64,000 bases of DNA, taken from Bosea sp. (in: a-proteobacteria). Lineage in GTDB: Bacteria > Pseudomonadota > Alphaproteobacteria > Rhizobiales > Beijerinckiaceae. How positions within the stretch are numbered: position 1 is the stretch's first letter; each line of letters starts with the position of its first letter. A program made the position numbers and the translations under genes. Of the stretch, positions 38,023 through 46,271 are shown piece after piece. Under the pieces are notes generated by a model, which was not told where the DNA came from, did no database searches, and worked only from the letters and a program-made list of their open reading frames with translations. The stretch is taken from contig DASYHC010000112.1 of assembly GCA_035998995.1 (NCBI GenBank), positions 18,209 through 82,208 on the forward strand, in the 5' to 3' direction.

Positions 38023-38539
38023 AAGTCACACAGGGGCGCTGGCCCAGGGCGCAGGCGGCGCGGGTGCGGCGTCTGCGGGGTGCGCATCGTTAGCGTTCAA
38101 AAGACGATGTTCGAGATGAAGGGAGCGTTCAGGCTTTCGCCGGAGGCCAGCACACCACCATGCCCAAATGTAACGGAAATACCGTGGGCAAAGCCGGTGA
38201 AATATGTGCTTCTCAGACACTCATCGAGGCCCTAAGTGCCTGAATCTATGCTTTTTGTCAACTCGATCACAACTTTCAGCGGCTTTCACGTTCGTTTTTC
38301 GGGTACTGAAACCCTGCGCTAATACCTTGAAGGCCCGAGCGAAAATCGATCTTTCCAGACGTCTGAAAAAAGGTGCTCGGAGGGCGTGCCTCCAGGGCGC
38401 TCGCGACGCCCTAAAATCACTTCAAATCCCGATCGCTTCCGCAGAGTCCGATTAAGTCTTCCGAGAGCAATTTGCGCTAGGTCGAGATGGCTTTCTGCGC
38501 GGCTGGCGTGCCAGTCGCCGCGCGCGAGGACTGGACGAG

Positions 38540-40081
38540 ATGGGCGCTTTCGACGTTCGCGACCTGATCAAGGCGGATTCAGCCGGCTCTGCTCCGACGA
38601 GCGGAGACCCCGGCACCACCCGCGCCTTTCACCCGCTGGCCGAGCGCATCGCCGCCATGCCGGTCAAGCAGACGCTGTCGCCGGTGCTGATCGAGGGGCT
38701 GGTGCGCCTCGCCGACGTGCTGGTGATCCTCGGCGTCGGCGGGCTGGTCTTCGCGTTCTATATCGCCGGCAAGGTCGATTACGCGCTGCCCTATCAGGTC
38801 ACCGTGCCATTGATGGCAGTCGGTGCGCTCGGCATCTTCCAGGCGCTGCACCTCTACCATGTCGGCGCATTGCGCAATTTCATCGGCATGGTGGTGCGGG
38901 TCTCGGCCGGCTGGACCGTCATGTTCCTGCTGGCGCTCGCCGCCTTCTTCTTCCTCAAGATCAGCGACCAGGTCTCGCGCGTCTGGCTCGCCAGCTTCTA
39001 TGCCGTCGGCCTCGTGCTGCTGCTGGGCGAGCGCCTGGCGGTCTCGCTCGTCGTGCTGCGCCTGACCCGAATGGGCCGCCTGGAACGGCGCACTGCGATC
39101 GTCGGCGGCGGTCCGGCCGGCGAGGAGCTGATCAAGGCGCTGGAGGCCCAGCGCGACACGGGTTTTCGCATCTGCGGCGTGTTCGACGACCGCAATGACG
39201 AGCGCTCGCCCGATCTCGTCGCCGGCTACCCCAAGCTCGGCACGATCGACGATCTCGTCGAGTTCGCGCGCCGCACCAAGCTCGACCTGGTGATCTTCAC
39301 CCTGCCGATCTCGGCGGAGGCGCGCCTGCTCGCCATGCTGCGCAAGCTCTGGGTGCTGCCGATCGACATCCGGCTCTCGGCCCATATGTCGAAACTGCGC
39401 TTCCGGCCGCGCTCCTATTCCTATATCGGCGCGGTCCCGGTGCTCGACGTGTTCGACCGGCCGATCGCCGACTGGGACATCGTCGTCAAATGGGTGTTCG
39501 ACAAGATCGTCGGCACGCTGGCACTGATCGCGCTCTCGCCGCTGATGCTGGCGACCGCCGTCGCGGTCAAGCTCAATTCCAAGGGACCGATCCTGTTCCG
39601 CCAGAAGCGCTACGGCTTCAACAACGAGATGATCGAGGTGCTGAAATTCCGCTCGCTCTATCACGAGATGAGCGACTTCACCGCCGCCAAGCAGGTGACC
39701 AAGGACGACCCACGCGTCACCCGCGTCGGCCGCTTCATCCGCAAGACCTCGATCGACGAGCTGCCACAGCTGCTCAACGTCGTGTTCAAGGGCAATCTCT
39801 CGCTGGTCGGCCCGCGCCCGCACGCCGTGCACGCCACCATGCAGAACCGCGCCTATGAGCAGGTCGTCGACGGCTATTTCGCCCGGCACAAGGTCAAGCC
39901 CGGCATCACCGGCTGGGCCCAGGTGCATGGCTGGCGCGGCGAGACCGACACCGAGGACAAGATCCAGCGCCGCGTCGAGCATGATCTCTATTACATCGAG
40001 AACTGGTCGGTGCTGCTCGACCTCTACATCCTGATCAAGACGCCGTTCTCGCTCATGACCAAGAACGAGAACGCCTATTGA
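38540..40081 (+). CDS. undecaprenyl-phosphate glycosyl-1-phosphate transferase (WcaJ/ExoY-type priming enzyme)
   Basis: N-terminal TM bundle plus bacterial sugar-transferase domain: KFRSL.., [23 protein letters not shown]. Confidence 0.9.
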   Translation: MGAFDVRDLIKADSAGSAPTSGDPGTTRAFHPLAERIAAMPVKQTLSPVLIEGLVRLADVLVILGVGGLVFAFYIAGKVDYALPYQVTVPLMAVGALGIFQALHLYHVGALRNFIGMVVRVSAGWTVMFLLALAAFFFLKISDQVSRVWLASFYAVGLVLLLGERLAVSLVVLRLTRMGRLERRTAIVGGGPAGEELIKALEAQRDTGFRICGVFDDRNDERSPDLVAGYPKLGTIDDLVEFARRTKLDLVIFTLPISAEARLLAMLRKLWVLPIDIRLSAHMSKLRFRPRSYSYIGAVPVLDVFDRPIADWDIVVKWVFDKIVGTLALIALSPLMLATAVAVKLNSKGPILFRQKRYGFNNEMIEVLKFRSLYHEMSDFTAAKQVTKDDPRVTRVGRFIRKTSIDELPQLLNVVFKGNLSLVGPRPHAVHATMQNRAYEQVVDGYFARHKVKPGITGWAQVHGWRGETDTEDKIQRRVEHDLYYIENWSVLLDLYILIKTPFSLMTKNENAY

Positions 40082-41331
40082 GCACGCTGGCGCAGCGGCA
40101 GGGTGATGCGCCCCGGCGCAGGGGGCTGACGATCTCCCATGCCGCGATCAAGCGCGGCACGCTGTGGCTCTTGCTGGCGGTGAGCTTCGTCGCGCTGGTC
40201 GAGCCCTCGCCTTACGAATTCGTCTTCCCGATCACGCTGCTGGTTTTTGCGATCACCGGCATCCGCTTCTCGCAGAAACTGCTGCCGATGGCGGTGCTTC
40301 TGCTCGTCTATAATATCGGCGGCGTGATCGCGCTGATCCCCTGGATGGACGAGGCGCCCTCGGTGCGCTTCACCGCCGTCTCGGTCTATCTGATGATCAC
40401 GGCGATCTTCTTCGCGGCGATCATGGCGGAGGACCCGCTCGGCCGGCTTGAGACGCTGCGCAAGGGCTATCTCTTCGCCGCCTGGTGCGCCGGCCTTGCC
40501 GCCGTGCTCGGCTATTTCGATGTCGGCGGTCTCTCAGGCGTCTTCACCTACGCCTCGCGGGCCTCGGGCACGTTCAAGGACCCGAACGTGCTCGGCCCCT
40601 TCCTGGTGCTGCCGCTGATCTACTTGCTGCATGCCGTGATCGTCGGCCGGATCGGGCTGGTGAAGGGCTTTCTGCTGCTGAGCATCCCGCTGCTGGCGCT
40701 GTTCCTGTCGTTCTCCCGCGGCGCCTGGGTCAATCTTGCGGTGTCGGCGCTGCTGATGACGGGGCTGACCTTCCTGACCTCGAGCAGCACGGCGCAGCGT
40801 GCCCGCATCGTCTTCCTGACGCTGGTGATGCTGGTGCTGCTGGTCGTGGCGCTCCTGATCGCGCTCTCCTTCGAGAACATCCGCGCCATCTTCGAGCTGC
40901 GCGCCAATCTCGACCAGGACTACGACCAGGGCGTCACCGGCCGCTTCGGCAATCAGCTGCGCTCGCTGCCGATGCTGCTCGACCTGCCGAACGGCTTCGG
41001 GCCGCTGCGCTTCCGCTTCCATTTCCCGGAAGACCCGCACAACGTCTACATCAACGGCTTTGCTTCCTATGGCTGGCTCGGCGGCTTCGCCTATCTGGCG
41101 CTGACCGCTGCGACCTGCATCGCCGGCTGGCGCGTCGTCTTCCGGCGCACGCCCTGGCAGGGCCATGCGATCGTGCTCTGGTCGGTGCTGTTCGTCACCA
41201 TCCTGCAGGGCTTCCAGATCGACACCGACCACTGGCGGCATTTCTACCTGATGCTCGGCCTGATCTGGGGCATGGCGGCTTTGCCCTCGCCTGCGCCAGG
41301 CGCTCAGCCTGCCTCGCGGTCGAGCGCGTAG
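40078..41331 (+). CDS. O-antigen ligase/polymerase family membrane protein (Wzy_C-like)
   Basis: About 10 TM helices with loop FLSFSRGAWVN typical of Wzy_C. TTG start overlaps the upstream stop. Confidence 0.8.
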   Translation: MSTLAQRQGDAPRRRGLTISHAAIKRGTLWLLLAVSFVALVEPSPYEFVFPITLLVFAITGIRFSQKLLPMAVLLLVYNIGGVIALIPWMDEAPSVRFTAVSVYLMITAIFFAAIMAEDPLGRLETLRKGYLFAAWCAGLAAVLGYFDVGGLSGVFTYASRASGTFKDPNVLGPFLVLPLIYLLHAVIVGRIGLVKGFLLLSIPLLALFLSFSRGAWVNLAVSALLMTGLTFLTSSSTAQRARIVFLTLVMLVLLVVALLIALSFENIRAIFELRANLDQDYDQGVTGRFGNQLRSLPMLLDLPNGFGPLRFRFHFPEDPHNVYINGFASYGWLGGFAYLALTAATCIAGWRVVFRRTPWQGHAIVLWSVLFVTILQGFQIDTDHWRHFYLMLGLIWGMAALPSPAPGAQPASRSSA

Positions 41332-41394
41332 CCAGAAGCTGTCGCCAAGCTCCGCGCCGACGTGGCCCAGAGCGAGCGGCATCCCACCGGTGGA

Positions 41395-41535
41395 TCAGTT
41401 GCACTCCGTCAGCTCGCCATTGCTGACCTTGTGGCTGTGGCAGGTCACGGGCGGTGTCGGCTCCTGCGCGCAAGCGGAGAGCGCGAAAGCGGCGAGCAGG
41501 AGGGCGGTTCTGATTCTGGCTGACCGGAACAGCAT
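41395..41535 (-). CDS. small putative lipoprotein
   Basis: MLFRSARIRTALLLAAFALSAC lipobox. Only 46 aa, so weak. Confidence 0.3.
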   Translation of the reverse strand: MLFRSARIRTALLLAAFALSACAQEPTPPVTCHSHKVSNGELTECN

Positions 41536-41775
41536 GCGACCGCATATCGGGAATTGGCGAAGGCGTTCGCACGTTGGCGCCGCCCGAGCCGGTTTCGTGC
41601 AAAGCCTATGGGCCAGCAACGGCGCTCATCGCGCCACGGGTCGAGATCGCCAAGCGGGGGCCGGCATCAGCCCCGCAGCGACCCTAGTCATCAGGCGTAT
41701 GGCGTTAACACCTATGTGTGGCTGACCGGAGCCCACTGGCCTGCCATTGTACTCATGCCCTTCGGGCGTTCCTCC

Positions 41776-41826
41776 CCAAAAAACTAGCCCGGCTCCGCTT
41801 CTGCGGACCGGGCTTCTTTCGTTTCA
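41776..41826 (-). terminator. bidirectional hairpin terminator, probable original terminator of the split tRNA-Pro gene
   Basis: AGCCCGGCTCCGC-ttct-GCGGACCGGGCT (12 bp, 1 bulge). T6 on the minus strand and a T-rich tract on the plus strand. Confidence 0.5.
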
Positions 41827-41952
41827 ACTGGTGGCCTTGCTTGCGCCAATCGATCTCGCGGACCGGCAGAGTCACGCTACCGTTTCGGTCCGAATCCGGA
41901 CCTGCCAGCCGGCACGGCGGCTGTTCTAATCTACTGAAAGAAGGGAATAAAA

Positions 41953-41978
41953 TGGTCGGAGCGAGAGGATTTGAACCT
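41953..41978 (-). pseudogene. 3' fragment of chromosomal tRNA-Pro(GGG): T-loop, T-stem, acceptor, CCA
   Basis: The minus strand reads AGGTTCAAATCCTCTCGCTCCGACCA. This complements the 5' fragment at 53179-53236. Confidence 0.85.
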
Positions 41979-42000
41979 TATACGCCCTGGTTGTGTTCAG
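41978..42000 (+). repeat. left terminal inverted repeat of the element
   Basis: TTATACGCcctggttGTGTTCAG compared with the reverse complement of 53155-53177, TTATACGCgatcgaaGTGTTCAG (18/23 identical). Confidence 0.7.
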
Positions 42001-42035
42001 TGTGTATGTAGATGCATGATCGCCTCGCGGCGTTC

Positions 42036-42245
42036 TCAACGCAAGGGGCCTCGCCTAATGGGCTCCTCGTCGTCGCGAGGAGGGAGCGGCACTCGGTCTT
42101 CGAACCGTGGCAACGGTGGAATGCCCTTCAGCCGGTGGAAGCGGTCGGAGATGGCCCTGACTGTCCGCCTATAGTTTTCGTGCCGCATCGGGTCGAATGT
42201 GGAGAGACCCGAAGGACTGTCACCATGGTCGCGGATGGTCGACAT
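42036..42245 (-). CDS. small hypothetical ORF (doubtful)
   Basis: 69-aa ORF overlapping the GNAT gene end. No motif and poor support. Confidence 0.2.
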   Translation of the reverse strand: MSTIRDHGDSPSGLSTFDPMRHENYRRTVRAISDRFHRLKGIPPLPRFEDRVPLPPRDDEEPIRRGPLR

Positions 42246-43032
42246 CGTGAGCCTCCTTGTAGGTGTCGAACAGATCAAACCCATGCGTGTCCCTGAAACT
42301 GAACGCACCGAGCCATCTGGTGCCTCGGTGTAGCATAATAGCCTTGCACAGGGACACAGACGTATTCGTGCCTTGTGGGCCCGGCCCGGGCACGCTTTGC
42401 GTGAAGACCAGGAGATCGCGCGCCGCCCGTCTGTCCTTCAGTGCAAGCACGGCGGCGACCGCGGCGTGCGTTTCCTCGTCGATCTCGCCTTGGGCGAGGC
42501 AGAGTGCGATCTTCTGGGTTGCCGACGGCACGATGTGGAAACGCCACGACGTCTCGTCCGGGAGGAAACCCATACTGAGCCAAGCGTAGCGCCCGATGTC
42601 CTCGGCCTCGATGTCGATGCTTTCCAGGCCGATCTTCCGACCGAGCTCGATGAGATTGATCATGAGCCCCGTCCCGATGCCCCGGCCTTGCAGATCCGGG
42701 TTGACCTGCGTCTCCCCGTCGCGAGCGATGGCTTCCGTGACCTCGAACCGCTTCGATTTCAGGAAGAGACGCGTGGTGTCGGGAGCGATGCCGCTGATCT
42801 CGATCTCGAACATCTCGGCCTCATGATCCAGGTTCGAGATCACGCCACGGATCGCGCCGGGAGCCCCGTCAGCGATCGCGTCGACGAACTGCTCCGGGAA
42901 CAGGCCGGCGGTTTCGAGGAAGCGGTCGTTCCACCACCGGGCGGCCTCGACGGACAGAGGCGGGTCGAAGCTCACGTACTGGTTGTCCGTGAAGCGGTCC
43001 GGCCATCCCTTCGGCGTTGCGTCGTCTGTCAT
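42220..43032 (-). CDS. GNAT-like acetyltransferase-fold protein (island cargo)
   Basis: LQGRGIGTGLM fits the GNAT motif A Q/R-x-x-G-x-G/A, followed by GRYAWLSMGF. The long N- and C-terminal extensions have no recognisable motifs. Confidence 0.55.
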   Translation of the reverse strand: MTDDATPKGWPDRFTDNQYVSFDPPLSVEAARWWNDRFLETAGLFPEQFVDAIADGAPGAIRGVISNLDHEAEMFEIEISGIAPDTTRLFLKSKRFEVTEAIARDGETQVNPDLQGRGIGTGLMINLIELGRKIGLESIDIEAEDIGRYAWLSMGFLPDETSWRFHIVPSATQKIALCLAQGEIDEETHAAVAAVLALKDRRAARDLLVFTQSVPGPGPQGTNTSVSLCKAIMLHRGTRWLGAFSFRDTHGFDLFDTYKEAHDVDHPRPW

Positions 43033-43252
43033 GGCCCTATGATATGGGGATGATCGAAAGCGACAATCGCGCAGATGCCGCAGAAGGCCGCTCCGGGCTC
43101 ACCAGGGATCATGGGCCCGCCTGACCCGCTGCGCCGCGCCCCGGCTCCTTCCCTTGCACCGAGGTGCTCGCCGGCAAGGGACGCTGCGCTCTTCGCCCTT
43201 GCCGGCTCCGCGCCTCGATGACCGCGGGACGCCGCGACGGCGGCTCCGGGGA

Positions 43253-45298
43253 TCAGGCTACGGCGACCTGGGATGCGGGCGGGGACATCCCTACCCAATC
43301 GAAGCCGACCCGCCGGCGGTCGGATGCCCATGGCCTCTCCAGAGCGGTCGCCAACGCCGACCGTTCCCCGACGACGACGACTTGCCTCTCGGCCCGGGTC
43401 ACTGCGGTGTAGAGCCACGATGGATCCAGCACCATCGATCGGTAGACCGGCACGATGACCCGCGCGGCCTGGCTGCCCTGGCACTTGTGGCAGGTCACCG
43501 CGTAGGCGAGGGCAAGGTCGATGAGCGCCCCCATTTCCGCAGGCGGGCGCCGTTCGAGGTCGCCGGACAGGAATCGGAATGTCCTCCCGTCGATCTCGGC
43601 GACGACCACGCGCTCAACCTCGTCGACCTCGACGACCTTTCCCATCGACCCGTTGAACAGGCCCAGCTTGTAGTCGTTCCGGAGATGGATGCAGGGGTCG
43701 CCCGGGCTGAACCACTCGCCGAGATGGCCCTTGATGACCGGGAGCCGCCGGGCCTGCTGCCGCGATCGCTGGAACATCCTGTTGAGGGGCCCGACGCCGG
43801 CGGGGCCGTCGTTGGTCGCGGTCACGACGACGAGCTCGCCGGCGTCGAAGCCGCCCAGATCGGCGGCCACCTTCGCAACGACGTCCGGGATGCCGTCCAA
43901 CGGGGATTCGACGAAGGAGACGCCGTCGACGGCACCGGCGTATTCCGGCAAGGGCGGCCACCTGCGATCGCGGACGGCCGCCGCCACCGCCGGGATGCCC
44001 GAGGCCTCGGTCTGACGGTGCACGACGCGCAGCCTCGCCGCGATGGCGTCGTCCATGACGAGCCGGTGATAGACAAGGCCGAACGAGATCGGAGGCAGCT
44101 GGGCCGGGTCGCCGACAAACAGGATGCGGGCACGATCGGGCACGTGACGCAGGAGGCGGTAGAGCGTGGAGAGATCCACCATCGACGCCTCGTCGATCAC
44201 GATCAGGGTGCGGTCGTCGATGCTGGCCAGGGCCGCGAGCTTCGTCCGGATGCGCCCGGCCCGCTCGGGCTCGGCGTCCTGGAGCTCATCTTCCAGCCGC
44301 CGCGTCTCGTCGAGCTCCCCGAGCAATCGGGCGAGCGTCCGCGCGAGGCGTCCGGACGCCCGCGAGAGCCGCAACGCGGCCTTGCCGGACAGCGCCGCGA
44401 GCAGCGTCGAGCCGCCCGTCGCCTCCCACGCCCGACAGACCGCACGGGTCGTGTGGGTCTTGCCTACGCCCGCGCCGCCGAGAAGGCAGGACACCGGGTT
44501 GGCGAGAACCTTGAACACCGCCGCGGCCTGCTCCGGATGAAGCCCCGCGAAATCGATGAGGGAGCCCTTCTGGAGGTCCTTAAGGACGCTTCGCGGCAGG
44601 GGCTCGGCCAAGCGCTGGATGACGGCCAGCTTGGCGACGACGTCCTCTTCCATCGTCGCGCAGCCCGGGAACCGGAGGGTGCCGTCCGCATCGACGAGCG
44701 CGCCGTTGCGCAATCCCGCGGCGATGGCCTCGCCGACGATCGCATCGGCCTCGCGCGCCCCGAGGAGGCGGGCGACCTCGCCCGGCAGGTCGGACAGGGA
44801 AATGGCGGTGTCGCCCCGCGAGATACCGGCCTTCGCGACCGCGTCGATCGAGCCGACCAGCCGCCGGAGATCCCTGCGCGGGTCCGGGACGCCTTCCTCA
44901 CGCAGGACGGCAAGCCCCAGCCGGTCGACCTTGGACCAGGGGAGGAGCGGCACGAGACAGTAGGGGTTTGCCGAAAGCCGCGTCGCCGCGTCGTCGCCCA
45001 GGATGCGGCAGAGCCGGCGCGCGAAGGCCAGGCCGTCCACGCCCCGCTCGGACAGCCACGAGATCGTCGCGGCCTCCCCGGCGGCCTCCTTCCAGGCCGA
45101 GACGGCCATGGCGGCGAGGCGGAGGGCCAGCAGGGGCCGATCGCGATCGAGCGCGGCGGCGATGGCGGGCACCTTCGATTCGTCGGAGAGGACGGATGGA
45201 AGGCTATCGCCGAAGGCCTCGCCCAGGCGCCGCGCACGCTCGGGCCCGATGCCCTGCACCCGTGAGGCGACGTAGTCCCGGACAAGCGTCCCCGGCAT
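43253..45298 (-). CDS. RecD-like SF1 DNA helicase
   Basis: N-terminal HhH-like VQGIGPERARRLGEAFG. Walker A LLGGAGVGKTHT, Walker B LIVIDEASMVD, FVGDPAQLPPI, and C-terminal AYAVTCHKCQGSQA...LYTAVTRA. The ATG overlaps the upstream stop (ATGA). Confidence 0.85.
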   Translation of the reverse strand: MPGTLVRDYVASRVQGIGPERARRLGEAFGDSLPSVLSDESKVPAIAAALDRDRPLLALRLAAMAVSAWKEAAGEAATISWLSERGVDGLAFARRLCRILGDDAATRLSANPYCLVPLLPWSKVDRLGLAVLREEGVPDPRRDLRRLVGSIDAVAKAGISRGDTAISLSDLPGEVARLLGAREADAIVGEAIAAGLRNGALVDADGTLRFPGCATMEEDVVAKLAVIQRLAEPLPRSVLKDLQKGSLIDFAGLHPEQAAAVFKVLANPVSCLLGGAGVGKTHTTRAVCRAWEATGGSTLLAALSGKAALRLSRASGRLARTLARLLGELDETRRLEDELQDAEPERAGRIRTKLAALASIDDRTLIVIDEASMVDLSTLYRLLRHVPDRARILFVGDPAQLPPISFGLVYHRLVMDDAIAARLRVVHRQTEASGIPAVAAAVRDRRWPPLPEYAGAVDGVSFVESPLDGIPDVVAKVAADLGGFDAGELVVVTATNDGPAGVGPLNRMFQRSRQQARRLPVIKGHLGEWFSPGDPCIHLRNDYKLGLFNGSMGKVVEVDEVERVVVAEIDGRTFRFLSGDLERRPPAEMGALIDLALAYAVTCHKCQGSQAARVIVPVYRSMVLDPSWLYTAVTRAERQVVVVGERSALATALERPWASDRRRVGFDWVGMSPPASQVAVA

Positions 45299-45762
45299 CA
45301 GGCGAGGTCGCCGGTGCGGAGGACCATGCCCGTCTCGCCGAGGAGCCGGATCTGCTCCGTCAGCGAGGCGATCGTCCGCCGCTGACGCTCGATCAGGGCC
45401 TCCCGTTCGGCCAACGCCCGGGCCAGGTCGTCCCTGTCGGACTGGGCCCGGCCCAGGCGATCCTTGGCGGCCTTGTCGATGACGTCGGTCAACGCACGTG
45501 CCCCGATCGGCTTGACGCCTTGCCGGACGGCGACCGAGTTCACCAGCGCGGCGAGCTCGGGCTTCTTGTAGAAGTGCTGCTCCTGGGCCTGTGTGAGCCC
45601 GCAGACCTCGACGGCGAAGGCGCGGACGTTGACCTTGCCGTCGTCGGTCATCGGCAGCGTCGGTCGCCGTCCCTCCTCGGGCTGCGCCTCCCACGCCGCG
45701 TCGAGCGCCTCCAGCCGCTCGCCGACGAGAGGGACGAGGGTTTCGAGGATCGAGCGCGGCAT
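45298..45762 (-). CDS. small HTH-like/coiled-coil protein (second ginD-like gene)
   Basis: 154 aa. VNVRAFAVEVCGLTQAQEQHFYKKPELAALV, then heptad-rich LARALAEREALIERQRRTIASLTEQIRLL. Start shares 1 nt with the upstream stop (TGATG). Confidence 0.6.
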   Translation of the reverse strand: MPRSILETLVPLVGERLEALDAAWEAQPEEGRRPTLPMTDDGKVNVRAFAVEVCGLTQAQEQHFYKKPELAALVNSVAVRQGVKPIGARALTDVIDKAAKDRLGRAQSDRDDLARALAEREALIERQRRTIASLTEQIRLLGETGMVLRTGDLA

Positions 45763-46271
45763 CAGCCGTCCTCTCTCAACTGGACGACCGGTGCGGAAGG
45801 AGCCAGGCCGACGACATGGTCGGGGCGACCATTCCGGGCGTTCCGACCGGCACGGCGAGCCATGCTCTTGGCGTGCTGGATCTGCTTGTGTGCCACGTTG
45901 ACCGCGTCCTGGAGACGAGTGGCCAGGATCGCCTTTTCCTGCCGGAGCAGCGCGTTTTCCTGTCGGAGCGCGGCGATGGTGCTCTGGGCGTCGAGCTTCG
46001 GCGTGGGCGCCCGTGGTGCGGCGACCTGAGCCTCCATGCAGGCGAGCACTTCCCGCCGGACATCGGGGTAGGCGCAGCCCTCGATGCCGATCAGCGTCCG
46101 GCTGCGGTTGGCTTCCTTGGCGACGGAGGCGACGCTGATCCGAAGCCTGCCTTCGCGCTTTGCCTTGACGTTGTCCGGATGGAGCGGCTGCCCGCGCCGC
46201 AGACGACCCAGCGCCGCGCGCAGGTCGGCTCCGGCGTCGGGACCGGTTTGGATGTTCGTCTCACGCGGCAT
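45762..46271 (-). CDS. small HTH-like/coiled-coil protein (ginD-like position)
   Basis: GGGAGG RBS precedes the ATG at 46271 (GTG at 46277 also possible). ISVASVAKEANRSRTLIG, then the zipper IAALRQENALLRQEKAILATRL. Overlaps the recombinase C stop. Confidence 0.6.
   Translation of the reverse strand: MPRETNIQTGPDAGADLRAALGRLRRGQPLHPDNVKAKREGRLRISVASVAKEANRSRTLIGIEGCAYPDVRREVLACMEAQVAAPRAPTPKLDAQSTIAALRQENALLRQEKAILATRLQDAVNVAHKQIQHAKSMARRAGRNARNGRPDHVVGLAPSAPVVQLREDG

Noticed and set aside
43154-45265. 703-aa plus-strand ORF, and many other long ORFs antisense to called genes (for example 799-1584-, 1769-2764-, 8509-9273-, 14012-15037+, 28245-29531-, 29999-31621+, 33253-35136-, 35382-36953-, 38579-39982-, 53966-56701-).
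   Set aside because: These are typical stop-poor shadow frames of a very GC-rich genome. Their translations are Arg/Ala/Gly/Pro-rich low-complexity sequence, and the opposite strand carries clear family motifs.
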